Shown piece by piece: positions 14,952 to 23,800 of a stretch of 32,000 nucleotides of DNA. The DNA comes from Candidatus Altimarinota bacterium (GTDB taxonomy: Bacteria; Patescibacteriota; Gracilibacteria; UBA1369). The translations under genes and the position numbers were made by a program. Below the pieces are notes generated by a model, which was given only the letters and a program-made list of their open reading frames with translations, was not told the origin of the DNA and searched no databases. Positions within the stretch are counted from its first letter, which is position 1. Every line of letters starts with the position of its first letter. Location of the stretch: assembly GCA_041659405.1 (NCBI GenBank), contig JBAZYK010000007.1, positions 57,126 to 89,125 of the forward strand, read 5' to 3'.

Positions 14952-16409
14952 ATGCTCTCAAATCTTACTCTCGCTGAAGCTCATCAGGGTCTAAAGGAAA
15001 AGAAATTTTCTTCGGTTGAACTTACGACTGACTTACTCGGGCGAATCGAAAAATTGAATCCGGCTTTGAATGCTTACATTACTGTTAGCAAAGATGAAGC
15101 TTTAAAGATGGCTAAAGCGGCCGATGAAGTTATTACAAAAGGAAACTTGGTTAGTCCTTTAACCGGCATTCCTATTGGTGTGAAGGATTTAATTAATACC
15201 AAGGGCGTGCGCACAACCTGCGCTTCGGGTATTTTAAAAGATTTTATCCCGCCTTATGATGCAACGGTTATCGAAAAATTGAAGGCCTTGAATTATGTGC
15301 TTGTTGGAAAAACCAATTTGGATGAATTTGCTTGTGGAGGATCGACCGAACATTCTTATTTTGGACCGACTAAAAATCCCTGGGATTTGGAACGTGTTGC
15401 GGGAGGATCTTCCGGTGGTTCCGCTGCTGCGGTTGCGGCTGATATGAGTTTTTATTCACTTGGAACAGATACCGGTGGATCAATTCGTGAACCGGCTTCT
15501 TTTTGTTCCGCGGTTGGTTTGAAGGTTACTTATGGACGTGTTTCGCGCAGTGGCGTAACGGCATTGGCTTCTTCCTGGGATACGATTGGGCCTTTTGCCA
15601 AAACCGTTCAGGATGCTGCGCTTGTTTTGAAAGCAATTGCCGGAAAAGATCCAAAAGATGCTACAACTTTGCAGGCTGAGGTTCCTGATTATGCTGCCAA
15701 TTTGGGCAAATCAATCAAAGGCTTAAAAATTGGTGTGCCAAAGGAATATTTTGGGGAGGGGATTGATCCGGAAGTTGAAAAGTTGGTTCGTGCGGCCTTG
15801 AAAGAATATGAAAAAATGGGTGCGATTTTGAAAGAGGTGAGTTTGCCTTATACTTCCTATGCGATTGCGGTTTATTACGTGGCAATGCCGGCTGAACTTT
15901 CGGCTAACTTGGCTCGTTTTGATGGAATTCGTTTTGGTTCCAAGCCTAAAGAAGACGTGAAATCTTTGGTGGATTATTATTATCAGGCGCGCAAAGAGGG
16001 TTTTGGTGACGAGATCAAGCGCCGCATTATGATTGGGACTTACGTTTTGTCCGCAGGTTATTATGATGCTTATTATTTGAAGGCGCAGAAAGTTAGAACT
16101 TTGATTATTCAGGATTTTGAAAATGCTTTTAAAGATGTGGATGTTTTGATGTCGCCGGTGGTGCCTTTCCCGGCTTTTAAAGTCGGTGAAAAACAGGATC
16201 CACTTAGTATGTATTTGGCGGACGCTTTAACGATTCCGGTAGATGCAGCGGGTATTGCGGGTTTAAGTTTGCCTTGTGGATTTACTGCCAGTGGCTTACC
16301 GGTTGGCTTGCAGATTATTGGTCCACAATTAAGTGAGGGCCTGCTTTTGAACACAGGCGCCGCTTACGAACAAGCTACCGATTGGCATAAACAAAAGCCA
16401 AAGCTTTAA
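14952..16409 (+). CDS. gatA: Asp-tRNA(Asn)/Glu-tRNA(Gln) amidotransferase subunit A
   Basis: Amidase signature GGSSGGSAAAVAA...GTDTGGSIREPASFC. The N-terminus (L...EL....L.RIE..NP.LNAYI) is typical of GatA. Confidence 0.95.
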   Translation: MLSNLTLAEAHQGLKEKKFSSVELTTDLLGRIEKLNPALNAYITVSKDEALKMAKAADEVITKGNLVSPLTGIPIGVKDLINTKGVRTTCASGILKDFIPPYDATVIEKLKALNYVLVGKTNLDEFACGGSTEHSYFGPTKNPWDLERVAGGSSGGSAAAVAADMSFYSLGTDTGGSIREPASFCSAVGLKVTYGRVSRSGVTALASSWDTIGPFAKTVQDAALVLKAIAGKDPKDATTLQAEVPDYAANLGKSIKGLKIGVPKEYFGEGIDPEVEKLVRAALKEYEKMGAILKEVSLPYTSYAIAVYYVAMPAELSANLARFDGIRFGSKPKEDVKSLVDYYYQARKEGFGDEIKRRIMIGTYVLSAGYYDAYYLKAQKVRTLIIQDFENAFKDVDVLMSPVVPFPAFKVGEKQDPLSMYLADALTIPVDAAGIAGLSLPCGFTASGLPVGLQIIGPQLSEGLLLNTGAAYEQATDWHKQKPKL

Positions 16410-16503
16410 GCTGTGCCCAATCGCCTTCTTTTCCTTGATCAACTTTAGAAGCTGCATCAATAAGATCTTTTTGTCCTTCTGGATTCATAAATTTAAAATT
16501 AAA

Positions 16504-17391
16504 TTAAAATAGTGAGACCTGGTTTTCTTCCTTCTTTTCTTCGGCCGCCGTTTCTCTAACTCGCTCAGTTTTTTCTGCTTGATTAGCTTTAATTGAGGCC
16601 TGTTTTCTGGCCGAGTTTGCCATTAACTCTTCGGCTGAGAGCAATAATCCGCTTTCTAGCTTTTGCATCAAATCACAAAACTCCCAAGTCATCTTAAAAA
16701 TTGCGCGCTGGGTGTTGGCGATTTCCGGACTTTCAATAATCATGCCGATTAGCTCATCCTTAAAAGAAATAATGGCAACTTTGTTATCGTAAATATTGAT
16801 TTCATTGGTGAAGTTGAATTTTTCTTTGGAGATCAAACGAATCTCGCGGAAATTTTCGGTGTCGTGGCTGTGAACCATGCGTCCGTGCTCATCATCCGGA
16901 GCGATTCCACGAAGATGAATTTGTTTATTGGCGCGTTGTGTAACATAATCCTGGTCATAAGTTGGCCAGTGTAAGCGGATTTCCTGAGAGTTGGCATAGT
17001 TTAAAATTTCGGTCTGGCTGGTAAGAGTATCGGCATAAATGGCTTTAATACCTTCAATTCCTTCGTAGTATCTTACGGTTGGGTGAACGGTAACGCCGCC
17101 AAGACGTTTAAGGTCAGGTAGAGCTTCTTCAAAATCTTTCGAACGTTTTTTGATTTCCAGAGCCACAATTTCGGGATCAGTCGCATTGAAATATTTGACC
17201 TTGGCTTTAGTTATAAAGTTGATAAGGCCTTTTTTAATGAGTTTTTCCAGAATGTCGTAAGTAGTGACACGATTGATTTTGGCTTTTGCCGCAATCACGG
17301 AAACCGGACTGGAGCCAAGTTCAAGGGCGGACAAATAAACTGCCGCTTCTTTGCTGTTGAGACCGATATTTTCGACGATGTTTGCGAGCAT
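16504..17391 (-). CDS. TrmB-family transcriptional regulator (winged HTH plus C-terminal sensor-like domain)
   Basis: N-terminus MLANIVENIGLNSKEAAVYLSALELGSSPVSVIAAKAKINRVTTYDILEKLIKKGLI matches the TrmB HTH pattern. The start is placed at ATG 17391. The 29-codon upstream extension in the ORF track (to 17478) looks non-native. Confidence 0.75.
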   Translation of the reverse strand: MLANIVENIGLNSKEAAVYLSALELGSSPVSVIAAKAKINRVTTYDILEKLIKKGLINFITKAKVKYFNATDPEIVALEIKKRSKDFEEALPDLKRLGGVTVHPTVRYYEGIEGIKAIYADTLTSQTEILNYANSQEIRLHWPTYDQDYVTQRANKQIHLRGIAPDDEHGRMVHSHDTENFREIRLISKEKFNFTNEINIYDNKVAIISFKDELIGMIIESPEIANTQRAIFKMTWEFCDLMQKLESGLLLSAEELMANSARKQASIKANQAEKTERVRETAAEEKKEENQVSLF

Positions 17392-17568
17392 AGTAAATCG
17401 ATTAATAATTAATTCAATCCTAACAAGACTTCTTTTTTTCAGGAAGATGAATGTTCTTTTTTGACTTGTATGGATCACGCAAAGATGTCGTAGGAAATTT
17501 CTACGAGCGTGGAGGCTGGTGCGTACTAGGAAAAGCTAGCAGAGGGGAAGTTCAAAGCCGCGCGCTTA

Positions 17569-18795
17569 CTATCGGCAAAGTTCCACGATAAATTTTTCCA
17601 GGGTGAGTCTGAATTCGCTGATGTCGCCGGCAGTCATTTTAATTTTGCCGCTTTTAAAATCGGTATCAATCTTCAAAAGTAGACGGTAAATTGCGTCCAG
17701 TTTTTGGGTCGTGAAATTTCTGCATTGGCCCATTGAAGCTTCAATCACATAAGGGTTCTCTTTCATTTTGGCGGCGATTGCGTTTTTGTTCATTTTTCGC
17801 TTCAGGCAATCGTCAATCTGGATCAGAATTCTGAATTGTCTTATAATCATGGCAAAGATCTTCATGATTGGTTCTCCGCCTTCAAGCAGGGTATAAAAAG
17901 TTCGGAGCGATTCTTTGGCTTTCTTTTGGCCGATGTAGTCGGTGAATTTAAAAATCGAAACGGAAAGATTTGGGTTGGCCAGTTTTTGAATGGCTTCGGC
18001 GGTGATGGCGGCGGGAGCGGTGGCAGATGCGAAAGAAGCACTGTGTGCTGGCGTTGCGGCAACTGTGAAACTCGCGTTCGCCGGGGGCGCGGGAGCCAAG
18101 TTCGCGGAGGTTGCCGAATTCGCTGATGGCGTGGGCGCTGAGTTGTCACTCCCGCAGTACAGCACCAATTTTTCAACTTCCTGTTTCATTTGCCATAAAT
18201 TTGGCCCAACGATTTCGGCTAATAGCTGCGCTTCTTTAAGGCCGATGGTTACTTGTGGGCGTGCCTGCGTTTGCACCAGCGAAGGTTGGTTTTGGTTTGC
18301 GCTACCTTGCGCTTGTGCCTGCCCATCTTGCGCATGGCCATGCGACTGTCCAAACTTTGCTGATTTTTGCGCGACTTCTTTTTGGATCCATTGAGTCAGC
18401 CTGGCTCCAACTAAAAAATTAAAGTTTTCAACTTGGGCAACTTTTTTGAGTTTTTTATAAAGGGTCATGCGGGCGTCCGGCTTTTTTTCTTCAATAAAAA
18501 CCAAAATATTATGATCGGGAATATTCGCCAATTTTTCGGCAACGGCCTTTTTGTTTTCATCTTCGCCTTCATCCAAAAAATTATTTACAATTGTGAGTTT
18601 TTTCTCGCTTAAAAAGGGGACTGAGTTCAGGACTTCATTAAGCTGGGCGGCCGTCAAATCTCCGCCATCCAAAATATTAATGTTGATATCGCCATATTTT
18701 TTTTCAAACTGATCCCGCCAATGCTTACTTTTTTGGTAAGCGGAATAGGTGTCTTCGCCACAGAAAAGGAAAATGTTTGAAGGAGTTTGGGGCAT
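17569..18795 (-). CDS. holA: DNA polymerase III delta subunit
   Basis: IFLFCGEDTYSAYQKSKHW...ININILDG...LNSVPFLSEKKLTIVNNF is the canonical HolA N-domain. The start is placed at ATG 18795 (MPQTPSNIF...). The 81-codon upstream extension in the ORF track runs through a stop-free GC-rich spacer. Two GC-rich low-complexity inserts are present (see findings). Confidence 0.85.
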   Translation of the reverse strand: MPQTPSNIFLFCGEDTYSAYQKSKHWRDQFEKKYGDININILDGGDLTAAQLNEVLNSVPFLSEKKLTIVNNFLDEGEDENKKAVAEKLANIPDHNILVFIEEKKPDARMTLYKKLKKVAQVENFNFLVGARLTQWIQKEVAQKSAKFGQSHGHAQDGQAQAQGSANQNQPSLVQTQARPQVTIGLKEAQLLAEIVGPNLWQMKQEVEKLVLYCGSDNSAPTPSANSATSANLAPAPPANASFTVAATPAHSASFASATAPAAITAEAIQKLANPNLSVSIFKFTDYIGQKKAKESLRTFYTLLEGGEPIMKIFAMIIRQFRILIQIDDCLKRKMNKNAIAAKMKENPYVIEASMGQCRNFTTQKLDAIYRLLLKIDTDFKSGKIKMTAGDISEFRLTLEKFIVELCR

Positions 18796-19053
18796 GTTTG
18801 AGTGGTAGGATTTGTGATTTGTTATTTTTCGGGCTGCTGCGACGTTTTGCTTGTTGCGCTTGTGCGCGCGGCGTTGTGCGTTGTTGTGCATGTCGCTCGC
18901 TTGCGTGGGCAAGGCGTTTTGCGTAAGCTTGCACGGGCATTGTTGCGCCTTGGTGCTCGCCTGTATGTTGCTGCATGAATGTAGCACAAAGAAATTTTTG
19001 CGCCAACGGACATTGTGTGGCAAAAATTGTGCAATCACGACCGCTTACGTGGC

Positions 19054-20421
19054 TTAGTGTACCCCTTCCATCGATTTTTTTCTAAACCAACTCACCATTT
19101 GATCAACTTTAAATTTCGGCGCCCGCTCGTCCGCCCGCAACTGTAATTTCCAGTTTTGCACACCGGTTTGCGCATCTATCGGTTTCATTTCCTCATTTTT
19201 TATCAGCCCATGGTGAGCAAGTTGATGGTGTATTTTGCATACTGGCACAATGTTTTTGTGATCATGTTCTAGCGAAAATCTTTTGGTATGATGCTTGTTT
19301 TCGGCTGGCTTGTTGCAGCCGGGGTATCCACACATTTCATTATATTCAACTTTAAGTTGTCGCTGAGTTTCGATTGAAATGTAGTGCGTTATCTTTTTTT
19401 GCGCCTGCGGTGATTCGTGTTCATTGGATTGTGATGCTTGTTGCGATTGTTGCGTGAGATTAAGTTCTGGTTTCAACTTTACTTGAATACTTTTATTGTT
19501 CAGGATGGGTGTTTTTTGTTTTGTCGATGCCGATGCTGGTGCTGGTGCTGGTGCACTGTTACTCTTTGCTGGCATTTCAGTTCTTTCTTTCGCCATTTTC
19601 AAAAACTCTTCCATTACGTCTTCCCAGTTAAGCGCTTTCTTCTGCTGTTTCTCCAATTTAAACTTAAATAGTCTAAGTTTCCCTTCAATCTCCGGTCGCA
19701 CAAAAATTGTGATGCTTGCTTTTTGAAAATTTCCTGACATATTCGCGGCTTCGTTGACGAAGCCCTGAATTAAGGCTTGCTGTTGCGGAGTATTTGACTT
19801 GGATTCAAAAATATTTTGTTGTAACTCTTGCCCATTTTGCATTGTTTTTTCCAAAATAGAGTTTGGTTCGCACTTGGCTTGTGGACTCATAGCCTTCAAC
19901 ATCTCCTGATTTCGAATTTCACGGACAAATGTTTGTAAGGTAACCAGGCTCATACTTTTCAATTTATCAACCCAAAAATCCTGTGTTTCTGGCTCTACAA
20001 TGTTGGCTACAATTTCCAATTTGGCCCATCCACATTCAAGCATGAGTGCCATTAACTTTGGCTTATCTTCAAGCTTTTGTGCGACATTCAAAATTCTATT
20101 CACGATTTCAAAACCCATGCCGGCCAACTTTGCCGCAAATTCGCCTATGGAATGAAAGCCCCAATCACGACAAATGCATCTTTTGTTCACTTCAATCAAA
20201 TAAACTGCGAATTGTCGCTGTAATTTGCGAATATTTGCTCCGCAGTTCTGGCACAAGTGTAGCAATTCTTTATTGGAAAGTTTTTTGACCTCGCTCAATC
20301 CTGTATTGGAAAGTTGCGCGCTTTCGCCTTGTTGTGCGATTTTGTTTTGTCCTCCAGTTGAGACTTGTTCAGATTTTTGTGATGTCTGATTTTGTCCTGA
20401 TTGTGTTTGAAAATTGGTCAT
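19054..20421 (-). CDS. HNH endonuclease-domain protein with a long N-terminal helical region (DUF222/REP13E12-like architecture)
   Basis: The C-terminal HNH/zinc motif CGYPGCNKPAENKHHTKRFSLEHDHKNIVPVCKIHHQLAHHG spans aa 364-405 (nt 19207-19332). The N-terminus carries a CxxC (LCQNCG). A low-complexity APAPAPASAS linker is also present. Confidence 0.8.
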   Translation of the reverse strand: MTNFQTQSGQNQTSQKSEQVSTGGQNKIAQQGESAQLSNTGLSEVKKLSNKELLHLCQNCGANIRKLQRQFAVYLIEVNKRCICRDWGFHSIGEFAAKLAGMGFEIVNRILNVAQKLEDKPKLMALMLECGWAKLEIVANIVEPETQDFWVDKLKSMSLVTLQTFVREIRNQEMLKAMSPQAKCEPNSILEKTMQNGQELQQNIFESKSNTPQQQALIQGFVNEAANMSGNFQKASITIFVRPEIEGKLRLFKFKLEKQQKKALNWEDVMEEFLKMAKERTEMPAKSNSAPAPAPASASTKQKTPILNNKSIQVKLKPELNLTQQSQQASQSNEHESPQAQKKITHYISIETQRQLKVEYNEMCGYPGCNKPAENKHHTKRFSLEHDHKNIVPVCKIHHQLAHHGLIKNEEMKPIDAQTGVQNWKLQLRADERAPKFKVDQMVSWFRKKSMEGVH

Positions 20422-20460
20422 ATTTATTTTGGTTATTGGATGCGGGAATTTGACTGTTTG

Positions 20461-20489
20461 ATATTAGAATCTTGTTCCTCTAAAGCCAA
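20461..20489 (-). promoter_or_regulatory. Candidate sigma70-type promoter for the HNH gene
   Basis: The minus strand reads TTGGCT (20489-20484), 17 nt spacer, TAATAT (20466-20461). It lies about 40 nt upstream of ATG 20421. Confidence 0.35.
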
Positions 20490-20595
20490 AAAATCCATAC
20501 TAAGTTTCTAAATTCTGATGACGAAAATGGCTAATGTTTTATGGGTGAGTGTATGCTCACCTATGGAGGGGTTTAATTGGCGATGGGCGAAAATT

Positions 20596-20718
20596 GGAAG
20601 AAACCTAATGGACAATTGGGAGGCATGGAGATTGTTTCGTTGCTGATGTTTTGTGGTTGAGAAACTTGATGGATAATGGAGAGGCGTGCTGGATTGTTTC
20701 GTTGCTGATGTTTTGTGA
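20596..20718. repeat. Tandem direct repeat, two units of 61 and 62 bp with degenerate flanking copies
   Basis: Unit 1 is 20596-20656 and unit 2 is 20657-20718. The last 26 nt (GATTGTTTCGTTGCTGATGTTTTGTG, 20630-20655 and 20692-20717) are identical. The first ~35 nt are related but diverged (GAAAC[CT]T[AG]ATGGA[CT]AAT.GG.AGG). Weaker echoes occur at about 20556-20595 and 20719-20745. Confidence 0.6.
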
Positions 20719-20744
20719 TTGGAGGTTTGCATTTGATTGTGTTA

Positions 20745-20772
20745 ACAAAAAGCCCCCAATTTCTTGGAGGCC
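20745..20772 (-). terminator. Rho-independent terminator closing the giant-protein operon
   Basis: The minus-strand RNA reads G-CCUCCAA-GAAA-UUGGGGG-C followed by UUUUUGUU. This gives an 8-bp stem (one G.U pair), a GAAA tetraloop and a U-tract, about 120 nt after the stop of the 1506-aa gene. An A-tract on the other side allows bidirectional function. Confidence 0.6.
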
Positions 20773-20890
20773 GTTTGAAGTTTGCCCACTGGGGGTAGTT
20801 CGTGTTGGCTTGTGGATGAGTGTGTTTGTGCGCCTCTGTTGCTGTCTGCACTTTGTGTGCGATGCGCTTGCCCACTTTCGTTTGAGCAAC

Positions 20891-23800
20891 CTATCTCGCC
20901 GTAATTTCGGATTTCACGTCGACCAAATCTTGCAGACCTGGAGGAGTGTTGATGAAAATTCTTGCATCAGTGCGGAGGACGACGCTGCCTTCATTCAAAG
21001 CCGGATCGCCGGAGAATACACGCATCTTAAGTAATGGCTGAATGTCACCATAAACCGAGCCTTTAACTGTTAATTGAACTTTAGATTGTTCACCTGGGAG
21101 GCCCTTTTTGCTGCCGGAGATGAGTTGGCCTTTTGGCTGTGTTTTAATTACGGTATTGCCCTGAACAAAGATTACCGCGTCGATCTCTTTAACATTTGGA
21201 GAAATATAAACGTTTCCGTTCAAAACTACGAATGCAAGAGCGGCGGTGTCACGTGGGCTGCAATAACTTTTGTTGCAAACTCCTCCAATAATAATATCAT
21301 TGGTAATGTATAGATCGTGACCATCGACAATGAAAGTTTTGGCACCCTCACCGTCTTGTGTGAATTTATTTGTTCCGCTTTGTCCAACATAAAGGTCGCT
21401 CTTTGCTCTGCGATAAACGCCATCAATGCCGAAGACGTCTTTTAGGTCATTTGCGGACTTAAGTTCTTGACCTTTGGCCTTACCGATGTTGCTGCCTTCA
21501 GCGCTGTCCAAATTCGCATCCCATCGCGCAATACGTTTGATATTTTCTTTCATAGTATTGGTGATGACTCCTTTATCCCAATTTTTGCCTGTGGTTGTGT
21601 TTAGTTTGATTTCGCAAACCTGGCTGGAAAGGTTTCCATTTTGGGCGTAAAGGTTTTGAAGTTCGGCATTGTCGTTGTCAGCTCCGCCTTGGCAAACTTC
21701 ATGGTTAATAGTTACGGTTTTTCCTTCACCAGTTTTTGGAATAACTGGTGTTGGTGGCGTGATCGTGCGGATAATAATACCCGTTGTGGATTTATATGGA
21801 GAACATTTATTAATGTTAATGCCATAATTCATGTCGGTTTCCAGATAAATATCACCGGAAGCACGGCTTAGAATATACTGACAGAAGATTTGAACGGTTG
21901 CTTCATTGCTTGTGATTGGCAATTGTCCAAAATTGAAATTATCAACCCATGCGCTGGTAATTTCAGTTGTGTTTACATATTTTTCTTCACAGAATCCCAA
22001 TAGACAGCCTGCATCATTGATTTTTGTTTCATCGATTAGTCCATCATAAGTAATGGTAACTTGGTTGCTGACTTTTACAAGATTTAAACCTACTGTTGAG
22101 CCAATATCTCCATTATAACAATGCTCGATAATGTTTTTATCGCATTCAAAAAGTTGAGATCCGTTTTCGACAACTTTCATGTTGTTATGGTATGAAATGT
22201 GTCCTCCGTCAGTGTTGCCGTCTAGTCCCGGACGTAATTCAGCATTGAATCCATTTCCTGCGATCTTATCAAGCAGAACGGCACTGGTGTTTGGAGAACC
22301 CGGAGTGAAAATTAAACGGTAGTTAACAAGGTTGCCAGCTGGATAAACATCCAAAGGCGCTATTGTTAAAGTCTTTTTAAATCCGCTGACGTTTCCAAGA
22401 GCGGCAAGTCCTTTAACTTCTTTTGTAATTGTTGGAGGAACCGGAGGAGTTGGAGGAACCGGAGGCAGAGGAGTAACGTTTGCGGTACAACTTGTTCCTG
22501 GAATATTGGCTGTTAACGCTTCCCCTGGATTAGCAGTAGTACAAGCACTTCCGGTTGGGGTACCATTACTCCATACTACTTGATTGGCAAAAGTTGGAGG
22601 TGTGACATTGGCACAATAAGTATTGCTATTGGGTTGTTGAACCAGAGTCATGCTTTGGCAAACTCCTTGTGGAGGAGCTTGTGGAACAGTAAAGTTGGCT
22701 TTACAAATATCGCCAACCGGAATTTTTGGGTCGCTTTCAATAACTATTGCGGTAACGGTTCCACCTGTTGCAGCAACGTAAGTATATTGGCAAGTTGCTG
22801 GAGCGGCGAAAGTTACACTCTTGTTTGGTTGTTGACTTGCAACGGTTGGAGCGGCTGCTGCACATTCGTTTGGTGCGCCTGGAACCGCCTGTAAATAACC
22901 ACCGCCACTTTTGCTCCATTGTATCTGAGTTGGGTTTGGAGCTATTTGATTGGTTGGACTTACGCTTAAGATATAGCTTTGTCCATCCACGAAATTATTG
23001 TTAAATTGTGCAACCGGAGTTCCATTTACTGCCAGGTTCAAAGCTGTACAAACATTTGGTGCAGGTTTGCCCGGAGGAGAAATCTGAATTGTATCCGCAC
23101 ATTGATTAACTTTAAATCCATCGTTTTTGTCGTAACCGAAAACGGTGATGGAAGTGTTGTCAGTCTGGCTTACTCCCGTGAAAGTTGTTTTGTCATTGTC
23201 GTGAGTTACAGTAAGAGGATTAGCAGGTCCTAAAACTTTTTTGCTAAGTGCATCAATGGCTGTAAATTGGCCTGTTTTGACGCTGTTTACAGCGCCGGCC
23301 CAATCATAATTCAAATTAAGTCCGGCGTCTTTATCCACAACCAGATACAAATCTTTTAATGGATAGTTTTTCAGATCATCGGAACTCAATGAATCAGGAT
23401 ATTGCTTGCCGTTGCCATAAATCTGCAGACTGTGGCAAATAGGAAGTGGTTTTGCCTGTGGTTTGATTACCACTTTACAGGAAGGAACCTGATATTTGGC
23501 GTCGGTTGGCATGATTGTGACTGTAGTATTTGCGCCTCCACTTGTATAAGAAACCTTGGCGGTTCCGTTTACAGTTGAAGCGTTTACAGGAACACCTTTG
23601 CCGTCTTTTCCGGCATCAAATAAACCTTTTGCTTTGCCATTTTCCAAGGCGTTGAAGTTTACTTTGCCTGTGTAAGTTACCGCTTTACCATTTTGATCCT
23701 GAAGATTTACAGTCGCGGTAAAATTAGTTTTTTTGGTAGCATCAAAAGGAGTCGGCGTAAAATCCACCGTGATGTTTTTACAAGTAATTGACGGTTGTTT

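Noticed and set aside
17392-17478. A 29-codon N-terminal extension of the TrmB-like ORF.
   Set aside because: The winged-HTH domain starts immediately at the internal Met (MLANIVENIGL...). The extension (MIHTSQKRTFIFLKKRSLVRIELIINRFT) looks like translated AT-rich leader sequence.
17481-17568. Short hairpins (CGTAG-GAAATTT-CTACG and CTAG-GAAAAG-CTAG) and a GC-rich end downstream of holA. These were considered as a tRNA, a small RNA or a terminator.
   Set aside because: No cloverleaf or T-loop consensus is present. No U-tract follows either hairpin on the transcribed strand. The stems are only 4-6 bp.
17990-18394. A 134-aa Ala/Gly-rich plus-strand ORF, plus ORFs at 17836-18176.
   Set aside because: They are antisense to or out of frame with holA and fall exactly over its GC-rich insert. 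Stop codons are rare there because of composition alone.
18796-19038. An 81-codon N-terminal extension of holA in the ORF track (start at 19038), plus ORFs at 18725-19057.
   Set aside because: The extension lacks HolA similarity and lies in a stop-free GC-rich spacer open in four frames. The conserved HolA N-terminus begins right after ATG 18795.
20630-20717. Possible orphan mini-CRISPR: an identical 26-nt repeat (containing GTTTCG / CGAAAC) present twice with a 36-nt spacer.
   Set aside because: There are only two perfect copies. The supposed spacer is itself homologous to the sequence preceding the first repeat, so this is a 61-62 bp tandem duplication and not repeat plus unique spacer. 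No cas genes or leader are present.
20508-21034. Four overlapping ORFs of 74-127 aa in the region between the HNH gene and the 1506-aa gene.
   Set aside because: They overlap one another in all three minus frames, plus one plus frame that runs antisense into the giant gene. The repeat-derived peptide TKHQQRNN appears in different frames. They are artefacts of composition and the tandem repeat.
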